A stretch of 64,000 bases of DNA from Octopus vulgaris (Eukaryota): positions 18,476,001-18,540,000 of the forward strand of contig OX597836.1 of assembly GCA_951406725.2 (NCBI GenBank), in the 5' to 3' direction. The notes under the pieces are model-generated. The model ran no database searches. It was not told the DNA's origin and saw only the letters and a list, made by a program, of their open reading frames with translations. Positions 13,515 to 26,673 of the stretch are shown here, in pieces (position 1 is the stretch's first letter; the number at the start of each line of letters is the position of its first letter). Position numbers and translations under genes: made by a program.

Positions 13515-13838
13515 ACTGCGTGTGTGTGTGTATACATTATGTATAAAATAAATTTAACCCTTTTTTCCATTAACCTACTTATTAGGTTGACATACTTTCT
13601 ATATTCAAATATGTCTATTTATCTATCTGCCTATCTACCCCACCTCTCTCTCTGTATATATATATATATATATATATATGTATGCATGTATATATGTGTA
13701 TGTATGCATGTATATATATATATATGTCTATGTATACATGTATATTTATGTGTATGTATATATATATGTATTGGGGGTATATCTACCTTTCTATTTGTCT
13801 ATCTATCTATCTTTCTCTCTATATATAATAAATACTAA

Positions 13839-14490
<652 letters not shown>

Positions 14491-14662
14491 ATATGGTCTC
14501 AAAGTATGAAAGGTGGGCCAAAGTAGGACCATAAAATTCAAGATCAAATATAATAAAAGCGAATTGGGATCCATAAGTCGTTACAATACAAAATGAAAAA
14601 GGTAGCTATGTTGTTCGACTGAACTCATTCTGTATTGATATGTATCTACAACTATATCTATC

Positions 14663-14708
<46 letters not shown>

Positions 14709-16954
14709 TGTAGGGAATGTTATGAAAACCGTGACTCTTTGGAGAAAAGACACGAAAGAGATGCACTGGTATGTATATGATTGATCGTGGCAGGTTGAGC
14801 GCCAGACTTTGAAGTTGAAGGTCACACTAACCATCGAACTGGACGCCATTGCGTATAACTGAAGATCCCCTCCTCTCTCTTTCTCGTCTTCTCTTTTCAT
14901 TCCTCCCTCTATCTCTTCTTCTTTATCTCTTTCATTCCCCTCCTTCCTTCCTTCCTTTCTTCCCCCCTCTCCCTCTTCCCCACTCTCTCTCCATCTCTTT
15001 CTCTTGATCTGTCTCACCCCCATCTCCCTACCCATCTCCCATCTGTCTCTCTGCCGACCACTCCCCTTCCCTCTCTGTCCTTCCATTTCCCTCTCTGTCG
15101 CCCTTTTTCTCTTCCATTTCTAAACCATCTCTCTCTCTCTCTCTGTCTCTTATATTGTTCACCTGAAAAATTAACGGTAAAAGTCTGCAGTGAAAGACTT
15201 TTTTTGACAAAAAAAAATAAGAAAGAAAATTTTCAACTTACATTTTTCTCTACACCACCACCAGCACTACTACCACTGCTACTACTACTACTACTACTAC
15301 TACTACCACTATTCGCTCCATCCTCCTCACATTCTTTCTCATAGACACGCGCACGCATACACACTCATATACATACCAATATATATATATATACACATAC
15401 ACACACTATATATATATATATATATATACACATACACACACTATATATATATATATATATATGTGTGTATGTATGTATGTATGTGTATATATATATATAC
15501 ATACAGACATACACATGCACATACACACACGAACAAATACGCACACATAGACACAACTCCCACGTTTTCTGAACATTAACTACCCCAGCCTTTTACCCAC
15601 ATTTTCTCTCTTTCTCTCTCTCTCTCACTCACTCTCTCTCTCTCTCTCGCAGTCTCTCTTAACCTTTTATAAATACCCTCCCCCCATATTTCTCCCGTTT
15701 CCTCTTACGCTTTCCTTTTTTTCTGTCTTTCCCTTTCTCTCTATCTCTTTGTCTTCTCCGTGTCTTTCTCCATCTTCTCTCTGTCTCACCGTCTTCCTCT
15801 TATCTCTCTCCCTTCTTCCATCTCTTCCTCTCTTGTCTATCTCTGCCTTTTCTTTCTCTCTGTCTCTCCTTCTCTCTCTAACTTCCTCTCTCTCTCTTTC
15901 TCTCTCTCCCTCTATCTCTCTCTCTCTGGCTTCTGTAACGCATACACGCTTTCCCTGTCTCTCAAATCTTCCACGCATTTTTATAGTCATCTCTCTTTCT
16001 CTCTCAACCTTTCTCTTCTAATTCTTCTCCTCCTCTGTTTTCCTCCTTCTCTTCCATTCCCCCTTCCTTTCCCATTCACTTTCTGCTGAGGATTTCTGGT
16101 GTTCATTTGATTTACCGAAGCGTGTTATCAACTTCCTATACTTGAGTATCAACCAAAGTTCAGTATTGCTCTACGTTCTGAGGATTATTAAGATGGTTAG
16201 GCGCAAGCATAGAGGCCAGATGGTGGCATTGTGTAGCGTGGGGGTGTAGATTGTAGATTGTAGATTGCAAGAGAAAGAGAAGAGAGGTGTAGTGTTGAGG
16301 GGGTGGAATGCTATTGCCCTCAATGCTGTTTTCTATCAATATATTCATTACATCGACAAAGACAATTACTGCGATTGAAAAGTCCGTTTTCGTCGTAAAA
16401 CGAAAGTGAAAGTAGGGAGCGGAAGTGATAGCGAAAAGAAGAAGCCGCGATAATGTGAAAGGTTATTAAGCGGGTAAGTAAATAAATAAGACAGTTGCAG
16501 AGGGAAATACTTAGTAAGTAGAGAAAGGAAGGTTGAAAGAAGGCAAGGAAGAAAGCAAGGATGTTTAATAAGGAAATAGCAGAGGAAAGAGAATGGTTGG
16601 GAAGAAGTTAGTATAGAAGACAGCAGAATGGAATAAAAGAAGGACATTTGTTAGAGAAATGTGGTTTTGTTTTGTAGAATGCCGATACATTGTATAGCGA
16701 GATAAATGAATGACGTAGATGGATGGATACCTGAAGGAAGACAAAGCGGGTTGTGTGTGTGTATTTAGGTGGCTGGATGGCTAGATGGCAGGATGAGTGG
16801 ATGGATGGATGGTTGGATGGATGGATGGATGGATGGATGGAGGGATGGCTGGTTATATTGAATCAAGGAGAGATGGCGGATAGCTGACCGTATAATAGAT
16901 AAATACATGGACAGAAGATGCGTAAATTGGTCAATAATATGGAAATGTACATAC

Positions 16955-17011
<57 letters not shown>

Positions 17012-17020
17012 AATAGATAG

Positions 17021-17094
<74 letters not shown>

Positions 17095-17645
17095 CTATAT
17101 ATATATATATATACGGGTATGTGTGCGTGTCTGTGTGCGCATATAAACATGCATATCTATATGTATATGCATCCATGAACACACATATATATGTATGTAT
17201 ATATATAGGTATACATGCATATATTTGTATAATGCGTATACATATATGCAGAAATATTTGTAAATATACACACACATATATATATATATACATAGATGTA
17301 TTGATATATAGACACGAACATACACATACATATATTATACAGATGTATGTGTGCGTATATATGTGAGTTTCTTATGCAACAAGCAATACACAAACACACA
17401 CACACATATACTTGCGCGCGCACACACTATCGCTCCGTCCAAGTGCAACTGAATTTAAAACAGTGAAACGCTGTGGTCGAAGGAAGATAAAGAAATAATT
17501 GTTGGACATAAGCTGAATAGAGAAGCTTTACCGCTTCATTTGCCACCAGAGTACTTTCCAACATGTTCTGCGTGTGTGTGGGTGTATGGCATGTGGATGC
17601 CTTTGTGCGTAAGGTTCTATGAATGCTCCTGCGTGTGCTCGCTCA

Positions 17646-17880
17646 TGCATACATACATACATGCATACATACATACATACATACGTACATACATACATAC
17701 ATACATACATACGTACGTACGTACGTAGTACATACATACGTACGTACGTACGTACGTACATACATACATACATACATACATACATACATACATGCATGCA
17801 TACATACATACATACATACATACATACATACATACATACATACATACATACATACGTACGTACTTACGTACGTACATATG
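17646..17880. repeat. (TACA)n/(TACG)n microsatellite
   Basis: Direct inspection. Confidence 0.95.
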
Positions 17881-18049
17881 TACGTGCGTGCGCGCGTGTA
17901 TATCGGTTTACCATTCCTGTTAGTAAGATGTTGGACAAAGTTTGTTGGGAAAGAATTAATCTGCGATATTAACTGATGCTCCGGCTTCGATGGCTTGAAG
18001 TGTGTGGACGATAAGTTTGAAGTGAGCGTGGCATACAGAGGGTATGTGA

Positions 18050-18094
18050 GAGGGGAGAGAGAAGGAGAGAGAGAAAAAAGGAGAGAGAGAGAAA

Positions 18095-18143
<49 letters not shown>

Positions 18144-19030
18144 TAAAGAAGGAGAGAGAGAGATAAAGAAGGAGAGAGAGAGAGAAAGAAGGAGAGAGAG
18201 AAAGAAGGAGAGAGAGAGAGAGAAAGGAGACCAAGAGAAAGAAGGAGAGAGAGAGAATGAAGGAGAGAGAGAGAATGAAGGAGAGAGAGAGAGAATGAAG
18301 GAGAGAGAGAAAGAAGGAGAGATAGAGAGAATGAAGGAGAGACAGAGAGAATGAAGGAGAGACAGAGAAAGAAGGAGAGAGAGAGATTGAAGGAGAGAGA
18401 GAGATAAAGAAGCAGAGAGAGAGAGAGAAAGAAGGAGAGAGAGTGAAAGAAGGAGAGAGATGAAAATTGTGAGTGTTTGTGTTGGAGAGAGCAAGGAGAT
18501 ATGGAGGGAGTGTGTATGTTAGGAAGAGAGAAAGAGACTGTTTGTGTGTGTGCGTGTGCGTGTGTGTGGCCTAAGGAGAGAAAAATAGAGGGAGGTTGAG
18601 AGAAAGGAAAGATGAAAGGGGGAAGGAGATAGAGAAAAAGAATGTGAGATAGAGGGGTAGAGAGAGGGAGACTGTGTATGTTTTTCTTATGGGGTGAGAG
18701 AGTGTGTGTGTGTATCAGACAGAAAGAGAGGGGAGAGTTAATGTCAGAAAGAGATAGAGAATGAGAAAGAGAGAGGAGTGTATGTGCATTATGGTAAGAC
18801 AGAGATAGAGAGAGAGAGAGAGACGTAGTGAGAGAGAGAGAGAGACGTAGTGAGAAAGAGAGAGAGACGGAGTGAGAACGCAATGGAGAGAGAGAGAGAG
18901 ACGGAAAGAGAGACGGAGAGAGAGACAGAGAGAGAGAGAGACAGAGAGAGAGAGAGAGACAGAGAGAGAGAAACGGAGAGCGAGAAACGGAGAGAGAGAG
19001 ACAGAGAGAGAGACGGAGAGATAGAGCAGA
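18050..19030. repeat. GA-rich low-complexity/compound satellite (GAGAGAATGAAG-, GAGACGGA-type units)
   Basis: Direct inspection; source of the 283-aa and 437-aa SL-repeat ORFs. Confidence 0.9.
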
Positions 19031-19115
19031 GGAGTGTATGTGTTCGTGACATACGAGGAGTGAGGGAGGGAGAACGTGTATGTGACATAGAGAGAGAGAA
19101 AGAGGAAACATGTGT

Positions 19116-19152
<37 letters not shown>

Positions 19153-19179
19153 CGTGTGTGCGTGCGTGTGTGTACATTC

Positions 19180-19221
<42 letters not shown>

Positions 19222-19338
19222 GTGTGTGTGTGGATTTAAATATATCAAGTAATTTTGTTTGAGTCTGATTGAGGGAAAGCAAATGAAATTGCGAAATAGT
19301 AGGTGGGGGTGTGTGCTTATTTGCGAGCGTGAGAAGAG

Positions 19339-19387
<49 letters not shown>

Positions 19388-19696
19388 CTAAGTTTAAAAC
19401 ATTAGATGTGTGAAAGATGTCATTTTATTCCATTAGTCATCCTTATTCATCTCTGTCGTCCAGACGACAGCTGCACAGTAAGGACATCTTGGCGATGGTA
19501 CGTACGTACCATCGTTGAATTTGCTAACTACATCCCTGGGATCAGATTATCAATGTTGCTAATGGATTTTAATGTTGGTCACCAAGACAATACAGACATC
19601 GTTTGTAAAGTTCAGTTTAGGCTGCTGACACTGTTTCTGGGGTCGGATCTGTTGTCGTTAACCATATCGCTGGATATCTACAGTTGCAAATTATAC

Positions 19697-20304
19697 CTAT
19701 TTCTTTACTACCCACAAGGGGCTAAACAACAGAGGGGACAAACAAGGACAGACAAACGGATTAAGTCGATTATATCGACTCCAGTGCATAACTGGTACTT
19801 AATTTATCGACCCCGAAAGGATGAAAGGCAAAGTCGACCTCGGCGGAATTTGAACTCAGAACGTAACGGCAGACGAAATACCTATTTCTTTATTCCCCAC
19901 AAGGGGCTAAACATAGAAGGGACAAACAAGGACAGACATAGGTATTAAGTCGATTACATTGACCCCAGTGCGTAACTGGTGCTTAATTTATCGACCCCGA
20001 AAGGATGAAAGGCAAAGTCGACCTCGGCGGAATTTGAACTCAGAACGTAAAGGCAGACGAAATACCTATTTCTATTTCTTTATTACCCACAAGGGGCTAA
20101 ACACAGAGGGGACGAACAAGGACAGACAAACGGATTAAGTCGATTACATCGACCCCAGTGCGTAAATGGTACTTAATTTATCGACCCCAAAAGGATGAAA
20201 GGCAAAGTCAACCTCGGCGGAATTTGAACTCAGAACGTAACGGCAGACGAAATACCGCTTAGCATTTCGCCCGGCATGCTAACGTTTCTGCCAGTTCGTC
20301 GCCT
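19697..20304 (-). mobile_element. tRNA-derived Nin/Deu-domain SINE (family B): one head plus three tandem ~185-bp body units
   Basis: Each unit contains GCCTTTCATCCTTTCGGGGTCGATAAATTAAGTACCAG (Nin/Deu-like) or a near-identical variant. Units 19697-19881, 19882-20065, 20066-20255; head 20256-20304. 18-bp TSD TACAGTTGCAAATTATAC at 19679-19696 and 20305-20322. Confidence 0.93.
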
Positions 20305-20532
20305 TACAGTTGCAAATTATACTGCTGAGATCATTTCGGCAGTTGCTAGCAATATCTACAGTGGCTAGATATGCTTCTGGCATCAGTCCTGAAGTTGCTA
20401 TCTATACTTCTGAGATCAAGGAGGCAGTTGCTGATTACAACACTGAGTCAGGTCTACAAGGCCTGATTGTGACTCTGGAATCATATCGATATATGCTAAC
20501 AATTACATTGAAATCACGTCTACAGTTACTAT

Positions 20533-20922
20533 TGTGGAGGCGCAATGGCCCAGTGGTTAGGGCAGCGGACTCGCGGTCATAGGATCGCGGTTTCGATTCC
20601 CAGACCGGGCGTTGTGAGTGTTTATTGAGCGAAAACATCTAAAGCTCCACGAGGCTCCGGCAGGGGATGGTGGTGATCCCTGCTGTACTCTTTCACCACA
20701 ACTTTCTCTCACTCTTACTTCCTGTTTCTGTTGTACCTGTATTTCAAAGGGCCGGCCTTGTCACTCTCTGTGTCACGCTGAATATCCCTGAGAACTACGT
20801 TAAGGGTGCACGTGTCTGTGGAGTGCTCAGCCACTTACACGTTAATTTCACGAGCAGGCTGTTCCGTTGATTCGGATCAACCGGAACCCTCATCGTCGTA
20901 ACCGACGGAGTGCTTCCATCAT
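20533..20922 (+). mobile_element. tRNA-derived SINE family C (resembles octopus OR-type), full length, tail type 1
   Basis: tRNA-like head TGGCCCAGTGGTTAGG...GTTTCGATTCCC; 9-bp TSD AGTTACTAT at 20524-20532 and 20923-20931. Confidence 0.88.
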
Positions 20923-20956
20923 AGTTACTATGAAACTGGGAGCAAAGCTTCCAGTT

Positions 20957-21295
20957 CAGTGGTTTTCAACCGGGGTCCAAGTTCTCCGTATAAGATTTTT
21001 GGCGTCTTCACAAACAAAATAGAAAAGTGGGGATCCACATTAGTATATTTAGGGTCCATGAAAAAAAATTTTCTTTAGATGTATTTATTGCAGAAAACAG
21101 TTAAATTTCTTTCGCAAACGTTTGTCCAACCTACAAAACTTAACGTGTCTATGAGAAAATAGGAATTTTGAAACAAGCATCTATAAAACTATTTTCTAAA
21201 CATCGAATGGTGATGGGAATCCACCTGTGTAGAATACTAATCAAAAGGGTCCATAGACTAAAAAAAAAAAAAATTGTCCCCTTTGACCGTTGAAA
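20957..21295. mobile_element. hAT/Charlie-like non-autonomous DNA transposon (MITE), degenerate right end
   Basis: Left TIR CAGTGGTTTTCAACC, subterminal GGGTCCA motifs repeated three times; right TIR only partly visible. Confidence 0.55.
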
Positions 21296-21399
21296 TTGTA
21301 ACTAAATTAGCTGAAGTAGAACTATACAACGGAGAGGAGTCCGAAGTCTGCGAGACAGTTGCTCAATCCGGAGAGGGTGGTGTCCTACAAAAGAAAATA

Positions 21400-21781
21400 T
21401 GGTGGCGGAGGAAATGGTGGTACAGACTATAGTGGTGATGGCTAAGGTGGTGGAGCTAGTGGTAGTTGTGGTGGTGGTGAAGGTGGTGGTGTTGGTGGTG
21501 GCAAATATGGTATCCGTCATAAAATCCTATGGTAGTAAATGATGTTGGTGATTATGGTGATGGTGATGGTGGTGGTGGTGGTTGTTGTTGTTGTTATGAT
21601 GGTGGTGGTGGTGGTAATTGCTAGTGAGTCGTTGTTGTTGGCGGTGCTGGTGCTGGTGCTGGTGCTGGTGCTGGTGCTGGTGGCGGCGGTGGCGGGTTTA
21701 GTTGTATTGATTATATAGTAAAGCGGACACGATAATGTATAATTCTGGATCATAAAATCCTTGCTGTAAGGGTGGCGACGG

Positions 21782-21833
<52 letters not shown>

Positions 21834-21934
21834 GAGGAGGGACAAGGGGAGCAGGGGGGAGGATAGGAGGAGGAGGAGGAGGATATCGGTGACAATGATG
21901 ATTATAGTGATGATGAAGATGCTGCTGCTTTTAC

Positions 21935-21966
<32 letters not shown>

Positions 21967-22809
21967 ATGATGACGATGATGATGATGGCGATGATGACGA
22001 AGACGGATGATTCAATGTTATAACACAATTTTCTGTCGTAAAAATCAAACGCATTTTGTTGACAGTGCTGAGAGGATGCTGCTGACAGTGATGAGGAAGA
22101 CGACAACAATACCGACGTCAACGATGATTACGGTGGTGGTGGTCGTGGTCGTGGTGGTGGTCGTGGTGGTGGTCGTGGTGGTGGTGGCGGCGGCGGCGGT
22201 GTTGGAGTTATATCGACCGTCGATACATAATTCTCTCCATAAAATTTCCCCCACGTTGCTTTTTTTGCTGGGGTTTTTTTTTATTTTTATATATTCTGGT
22301 TGCTATCGTTGTTGCTATTGTTAGTGGTGATGGTGATGCCGGCGGTGGCAGCGGTGGCAGCGGTGGCGGTAATGGTGGTGTTTGAGATGGTGATGGCGGT
22401 GGTGTTGGTGGTAGTGGTGGTAGTGGTGGTGGTGGTGGTGGTGGTGGTGGTGGTGGTAGTAGTGTTGCTCCTACCGGTACTGGCGACAACGCACCAGCAG
22501 CATTATAAAGGCATAATTTCTATATCATAAATTCAACATGCAGCAGCAGTAGCAGTAATGGTGGTGGTGGTGGTGGTATTGGGGGTTGTGGTGGTGGTAG
22601 TGGTATTGGCGATGGTGGTATTGGTGGTGATGGTATTGGTGGTGGTGGTATTGGTGGTGATGGTATTGGTGGTGGTGGTATTGGTGGTGATGGTGGTATT
22701 GGTAGTGGTATTGGTGGTGGTGGTGGTGATGGTATTGGTAGTGGTATTGGTGGTAGTGGTGGTGGTGGTGGTGGTGGTGGTGTGACAGTGGTGGTGGTAT
22801 TATTATTAT

Positions 22810-22869
<60 letters not shown>

Positions 22870-22905
22870 CAGTAGTAGTGGCAGTAGTAGTAGTAGTAGT
22901 ATTAT

Positions 22906-22939
<34 letters not shown>

Positions 22940-23300
22940 GGTGGTGGTGGTGGTGGTAGTAGTAGTAGTAGTCGTGGGGTGGGTGCAACTCTGATAATGC
23001 ATAATTCCGAATCATAAACTCAACAGGTTGTTGATTTTGTTGGCGATGGCTATAAAGGCGGTGGTGGTGGTGGTAGTAGTGGTGATGGTAGTGGTGGTAG
23101 TGGTGGTAGTGGTGGTGGTGGTGGTAGTGATGATGATAGTGATGATGATTGTGATGCTGGTGCCGTTGTGTATAATACCAAACCAACCGCCTTACACAGG
23201 ATTCTGGTTCATAAAAATTGTAATACTTTGTTATTATTGTTTGAGGGCGATGATTATAGTGATGATGATTGTGGTGGTGGTGGTGGTGAAAATGGTGGTG
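21400..23300. repeat. Compound trinucleotide region (GGT/GAT/AGT/GCT) punctuated by seven copies of an AT-rich motif
   Basis: YCRTAAA cores at 21517, 21750, 22036, 22237, 22525, 23012 and 23209, most preceded by ATAATT-like hexamers. Confidence 0.8.
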
Positions 23301-23379
23301 ATTGTCAAACCACGAAGACTTCGCGTTTCGTGTTCGAATCCCGAGGTCGAATGCCCAACGTTCACGTTTTGAGCGAAGA

Positions 23380-23485
23380 TTTCCCAGTCATGTCATCTTG
23401 GGTTCAGCTCCACTGCGTAGCAAATGTCTTCTATTATAGCTTCAGGCTGACGGAAACTGAAAGAAGCCCGTCGTATGCATATGCA

Positions 23486-23524
<39 letters not shown>

Positions 23525-24005
23525 ATGTGTATGTGTGTGTAATATAATATATATATGTGTATGTACATATCAATATTTATGTATGTATATATATATCAAT
23601 GTGTGTGTGTGTGTGTGCGTGTGTGTGTGTGTGTAAGATAATATATAAATGTGTATGTGTATATCAATATTTATGTATGTATATATATATCAATGTGTGT
23701 GTGTAATATAATATATACATATGTATGTGTATATCAATATTTATGTATGTATATATATATCAATGTGTGTGTGTGTGTGTGTGTGTATTTGTATCTGTGT
23801 TTGTCCACTACTACCGCTTGACAACCGGTGATAGTATGTTTACGTCCTGTAACTTAGCGATTCGACAAAAACACACCAACAGAATAAGTAATAGGCTTAA
23901 AAAGAAGTGTAAGTCTTGGTGCCGATTTGTTCGACTAAAACGTTTTAAGGCGGTGCTACAGCATGGCCGCAGACGAATGACTGAAACAAGTAACAGATAA
24001 AAGAT
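23380..24005 (+). mobile_element. SINE family A, diverged, with internal higher-order repeat (3 x ATCAATATTTATGTATGT units, ~23535-23785)
   Basis: GACGGAAACTGAAAGAAGCCCGTCG ... GCTTGACAACCGGTG ... GCATGGCCGCAG...GACTGAAACAAGTAA. Confidence 0.88.
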
Positions 24006-24362
24006 ATTTCTTTGCAGGTTTCTCGTTTTTTTTTCCAGTTCATGTCAGCCATATTTGTGTTTTACGAAAGAAGGAATGATGGGGAGGGAGGGAGGAGGTG
24101 TAGGAAACTGAGGCGGGCAGGGGGCGGGGAGATGTAGTGAGGAGGTGAAAGGGACGAAGCAGAAGTAATACAATATCATGAAAAGAATATTTTTTTATGT
24201 TTTGTGAGACTATTGTATGGCCTCCTCCTCCTCATCATCATCATCATCATCATAACAATGGTAATTTTCATCATCACCATCATCATCATCATCACCATCG
24301 TCATTACCCCCCCACACACACACACCCATCTCGTCTCCATTGTTCATCGTTATATCATCATC

Positions 24363-24407
<45 letters not shown>

Positions 24408-24894
24408 GCCATCATCATCATCATTATCACCAGCATCGTTATCATCATCATCATCGTCATCACCGTTATCACCGTCATTGTCATCACCGTAAGCACCATA
24501 TCTTCATCGTCTTCCTCATTGCCATCATTATTATCATCCTCGACGTCTTCGTCGTCGTCGTCGCCATCATCATCATCCTCATCATCCTCATCATCATCAT
24601 CGTTATCATCATCATCAGCAGCAGCATCAACGTCATAAATAGGGTGAAAGAAACTTATGAACATTCTTCAAAACACGCCTGACTGAGGCCTTCTCGTGAG
24701 GCAATGTGCATGGACGTGTGTCTATGAACGGATATATGCATGTGTTATTGTTTTTGTGTATATATTGTTTGTGTGTGTTATTGAACGTATCTGTTATTGT
24801 TTGCGTGCGCATGCGTAAATATGTGCGCAAGAAGGTGTGTTCGTAGGATTTGTGTCATGTGATAGTATGTTCGTGTTTCTGGATATGAAAGTTA

Positions 24895-25030
24895 ATACAT
24901 TATTTACATTATTTACATTTGACGGATATTTGTCCTCATCTTGTTTGTTGTTAACACAACGTTTCGGCTGATACACCCTCCAGCCTTCATCAGGTGTCTC
25001 GGGGAAATTTCGAACCATGGTTCTCAATCC
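24895..25030 (-). mobile_element. PLE terminal-repeat fragment containing an HHR
   Basis: Contains the HHR listed next and ends in an (AATGTAAAT)2 repeat. Confidence 0.6.
24953..24998 (-). ncRNA. Minimal type I hammerhead ribozyme, intact core
   Basis: Minus: GACAC-CTGATGA-A-GGCTG-gagggtgtat-CAGCC-GAAA-CG-TT-GTGTT. Stems I and II pair; palindromic AACGTT replaces helix III. Confidence 0.82.
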
Positions 25031-25126
25031 TGGTTCAATGCAATGCCCCAGCAAGGCCGCTGTTTAAATACTGAACACGAAAAAGATATATGCCATTTTG
25101 CCCTCTTCGTGTCCCATATATCTCTC

Positions 25127-25194
<68 letters not shown>

Positions 25195-25654
25195 CAACAT
25201 ATCCACAACGTTTTAGACTAACATAACCGCCATTTTGTCTCTCTACAACATATCCACCATTTTGTCTCTATATAGCCGACATTTTCTTCCTCTACAATAT
25301 AACCACCATCTTCCTCTTCACAGCATAACTGCAATCATTTATTCCTTATTTTTAAAGAAATCTGAAACCATCGACTGACATTCCGCGTCTTTTCTCTTTG
25401 TTTGTTTGGTTTTCGCTTAGTTTTCGCTTATTACTTTCATTTTTTGTCCTCTTCTTCCCTTTACACACAACATACAGACCTTTTATTTTCTGTCTTTGTT
25501 ATACTTCTTTGAATAGTTCTTTCGGGTTAGCACATATATTTTGACCTGTTTACATTAACAGATCAAAGCTTTTGTTGGATATGCAAACATATTCACATAT
25601 TCTTGTTATTGAATTTTAGTGTAGACACAAACTGTATACACATACACACATTCA

Positions 25655-25728
<74 letters not shown>

Positions 25729-26287
25729 GGCGTTTCCTGCACGAATGCAAAGCATACAATGCGTTCACGTGCTATAAAAACAAACGTAAATAACAAATCC
25801 AATTTTAATATGGCTTTCATTTTTGTGATGAGACACCTTGAAAAGGAGCAACACATCCAGGCTATACGTACGTACTTCGTTTGCGTGGATCTTATTTTGA
25901 TAATTGCATCCTTTATATAAAAAATCAGGCATCGACAATGTTATATATTATATAGATATCTATATATATAAATACATGTGTGTGTACATGCGTGCGTGCG
26001 AGTGTGTGTGAGAAAACAGACTCGTAAGTAACTGTTCATAAGCAGACTCCGAAGTCCACGATACTCTGAACTCCGTGTATCGCAACTCCACACTTGTGTG
26101 CACACACAGGGACATACACTTACACAGACATGCATTTTTCAACAATGAAATGATAGAATATTGCTTTGAGGCATATACATAAATACGCTCATAAGCACAT
26201 ACATACATACATACATACATGATGGCTGCAAACTCGTGTTCAAGTATTACCTGTACATACTTACATACACACAGACACGCACACATC

Positions 26288-26620
26288 TACTTGTTTCAGT
26301 CAATAGACTGCGGCCATACTGGAACATCGCCTTGAAGAATTTTAGTTGAATAAATCGACCGAAGTACGTATTGTTTTTTTAAACTACGAGTAGTTATTAT
26401 ATAGGTCGATTTTGTCGAACCGCTAAGTTACGGGGGCGTAGACACCACAATCGGTTGTTACACGCACACGCTAACATATATACACACACACATTTATATA
26501 TATATATATTTATATATATATATATACACAATGGGCTTCTTTCAGTTTCCGTTTTCCAATTTGCTGACAAGTCTTTGGAGGGCTGCAGATTATTGTAGAA
26601 GACACTTGCCAAAGGTACCA
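26288..26620 (-). mobile_element. SINE family A, partial and diverged
   Basis: TACTTGTTTCAGTCA..ACTGCGGCCAT, GAACCGCTAAGTTACGGGG and GGGCTTCTTTCAGTTTCCG match the other copies. Confidence 0.85.
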
Positions 26621-26634
26621 TGTGTGTGTGTGTG

Positions 26635-26673
<39 letters not shown>

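Noticed and set aside
17643-19282. Long ORFs of 283 and 437 aa
   Set aside because: Translations of GA/CA/TACA microsatellites (SL, HT, MYVC repeats) with no domain content.
20536-20610. tRNA genes (also 41606, 45175, 61225-61297, 33083)
   Set aside because: These are tRNA-like SINE heads that continue into SINE bodies, some with TSDs; acceptor stems do not close.
22208-23002. Pro/Thr-rich extensin- or mucin-like ORFs
   Set aside because: Products of (GGT)/(AGT) tracts; frames are broken at the AT-rich islands.
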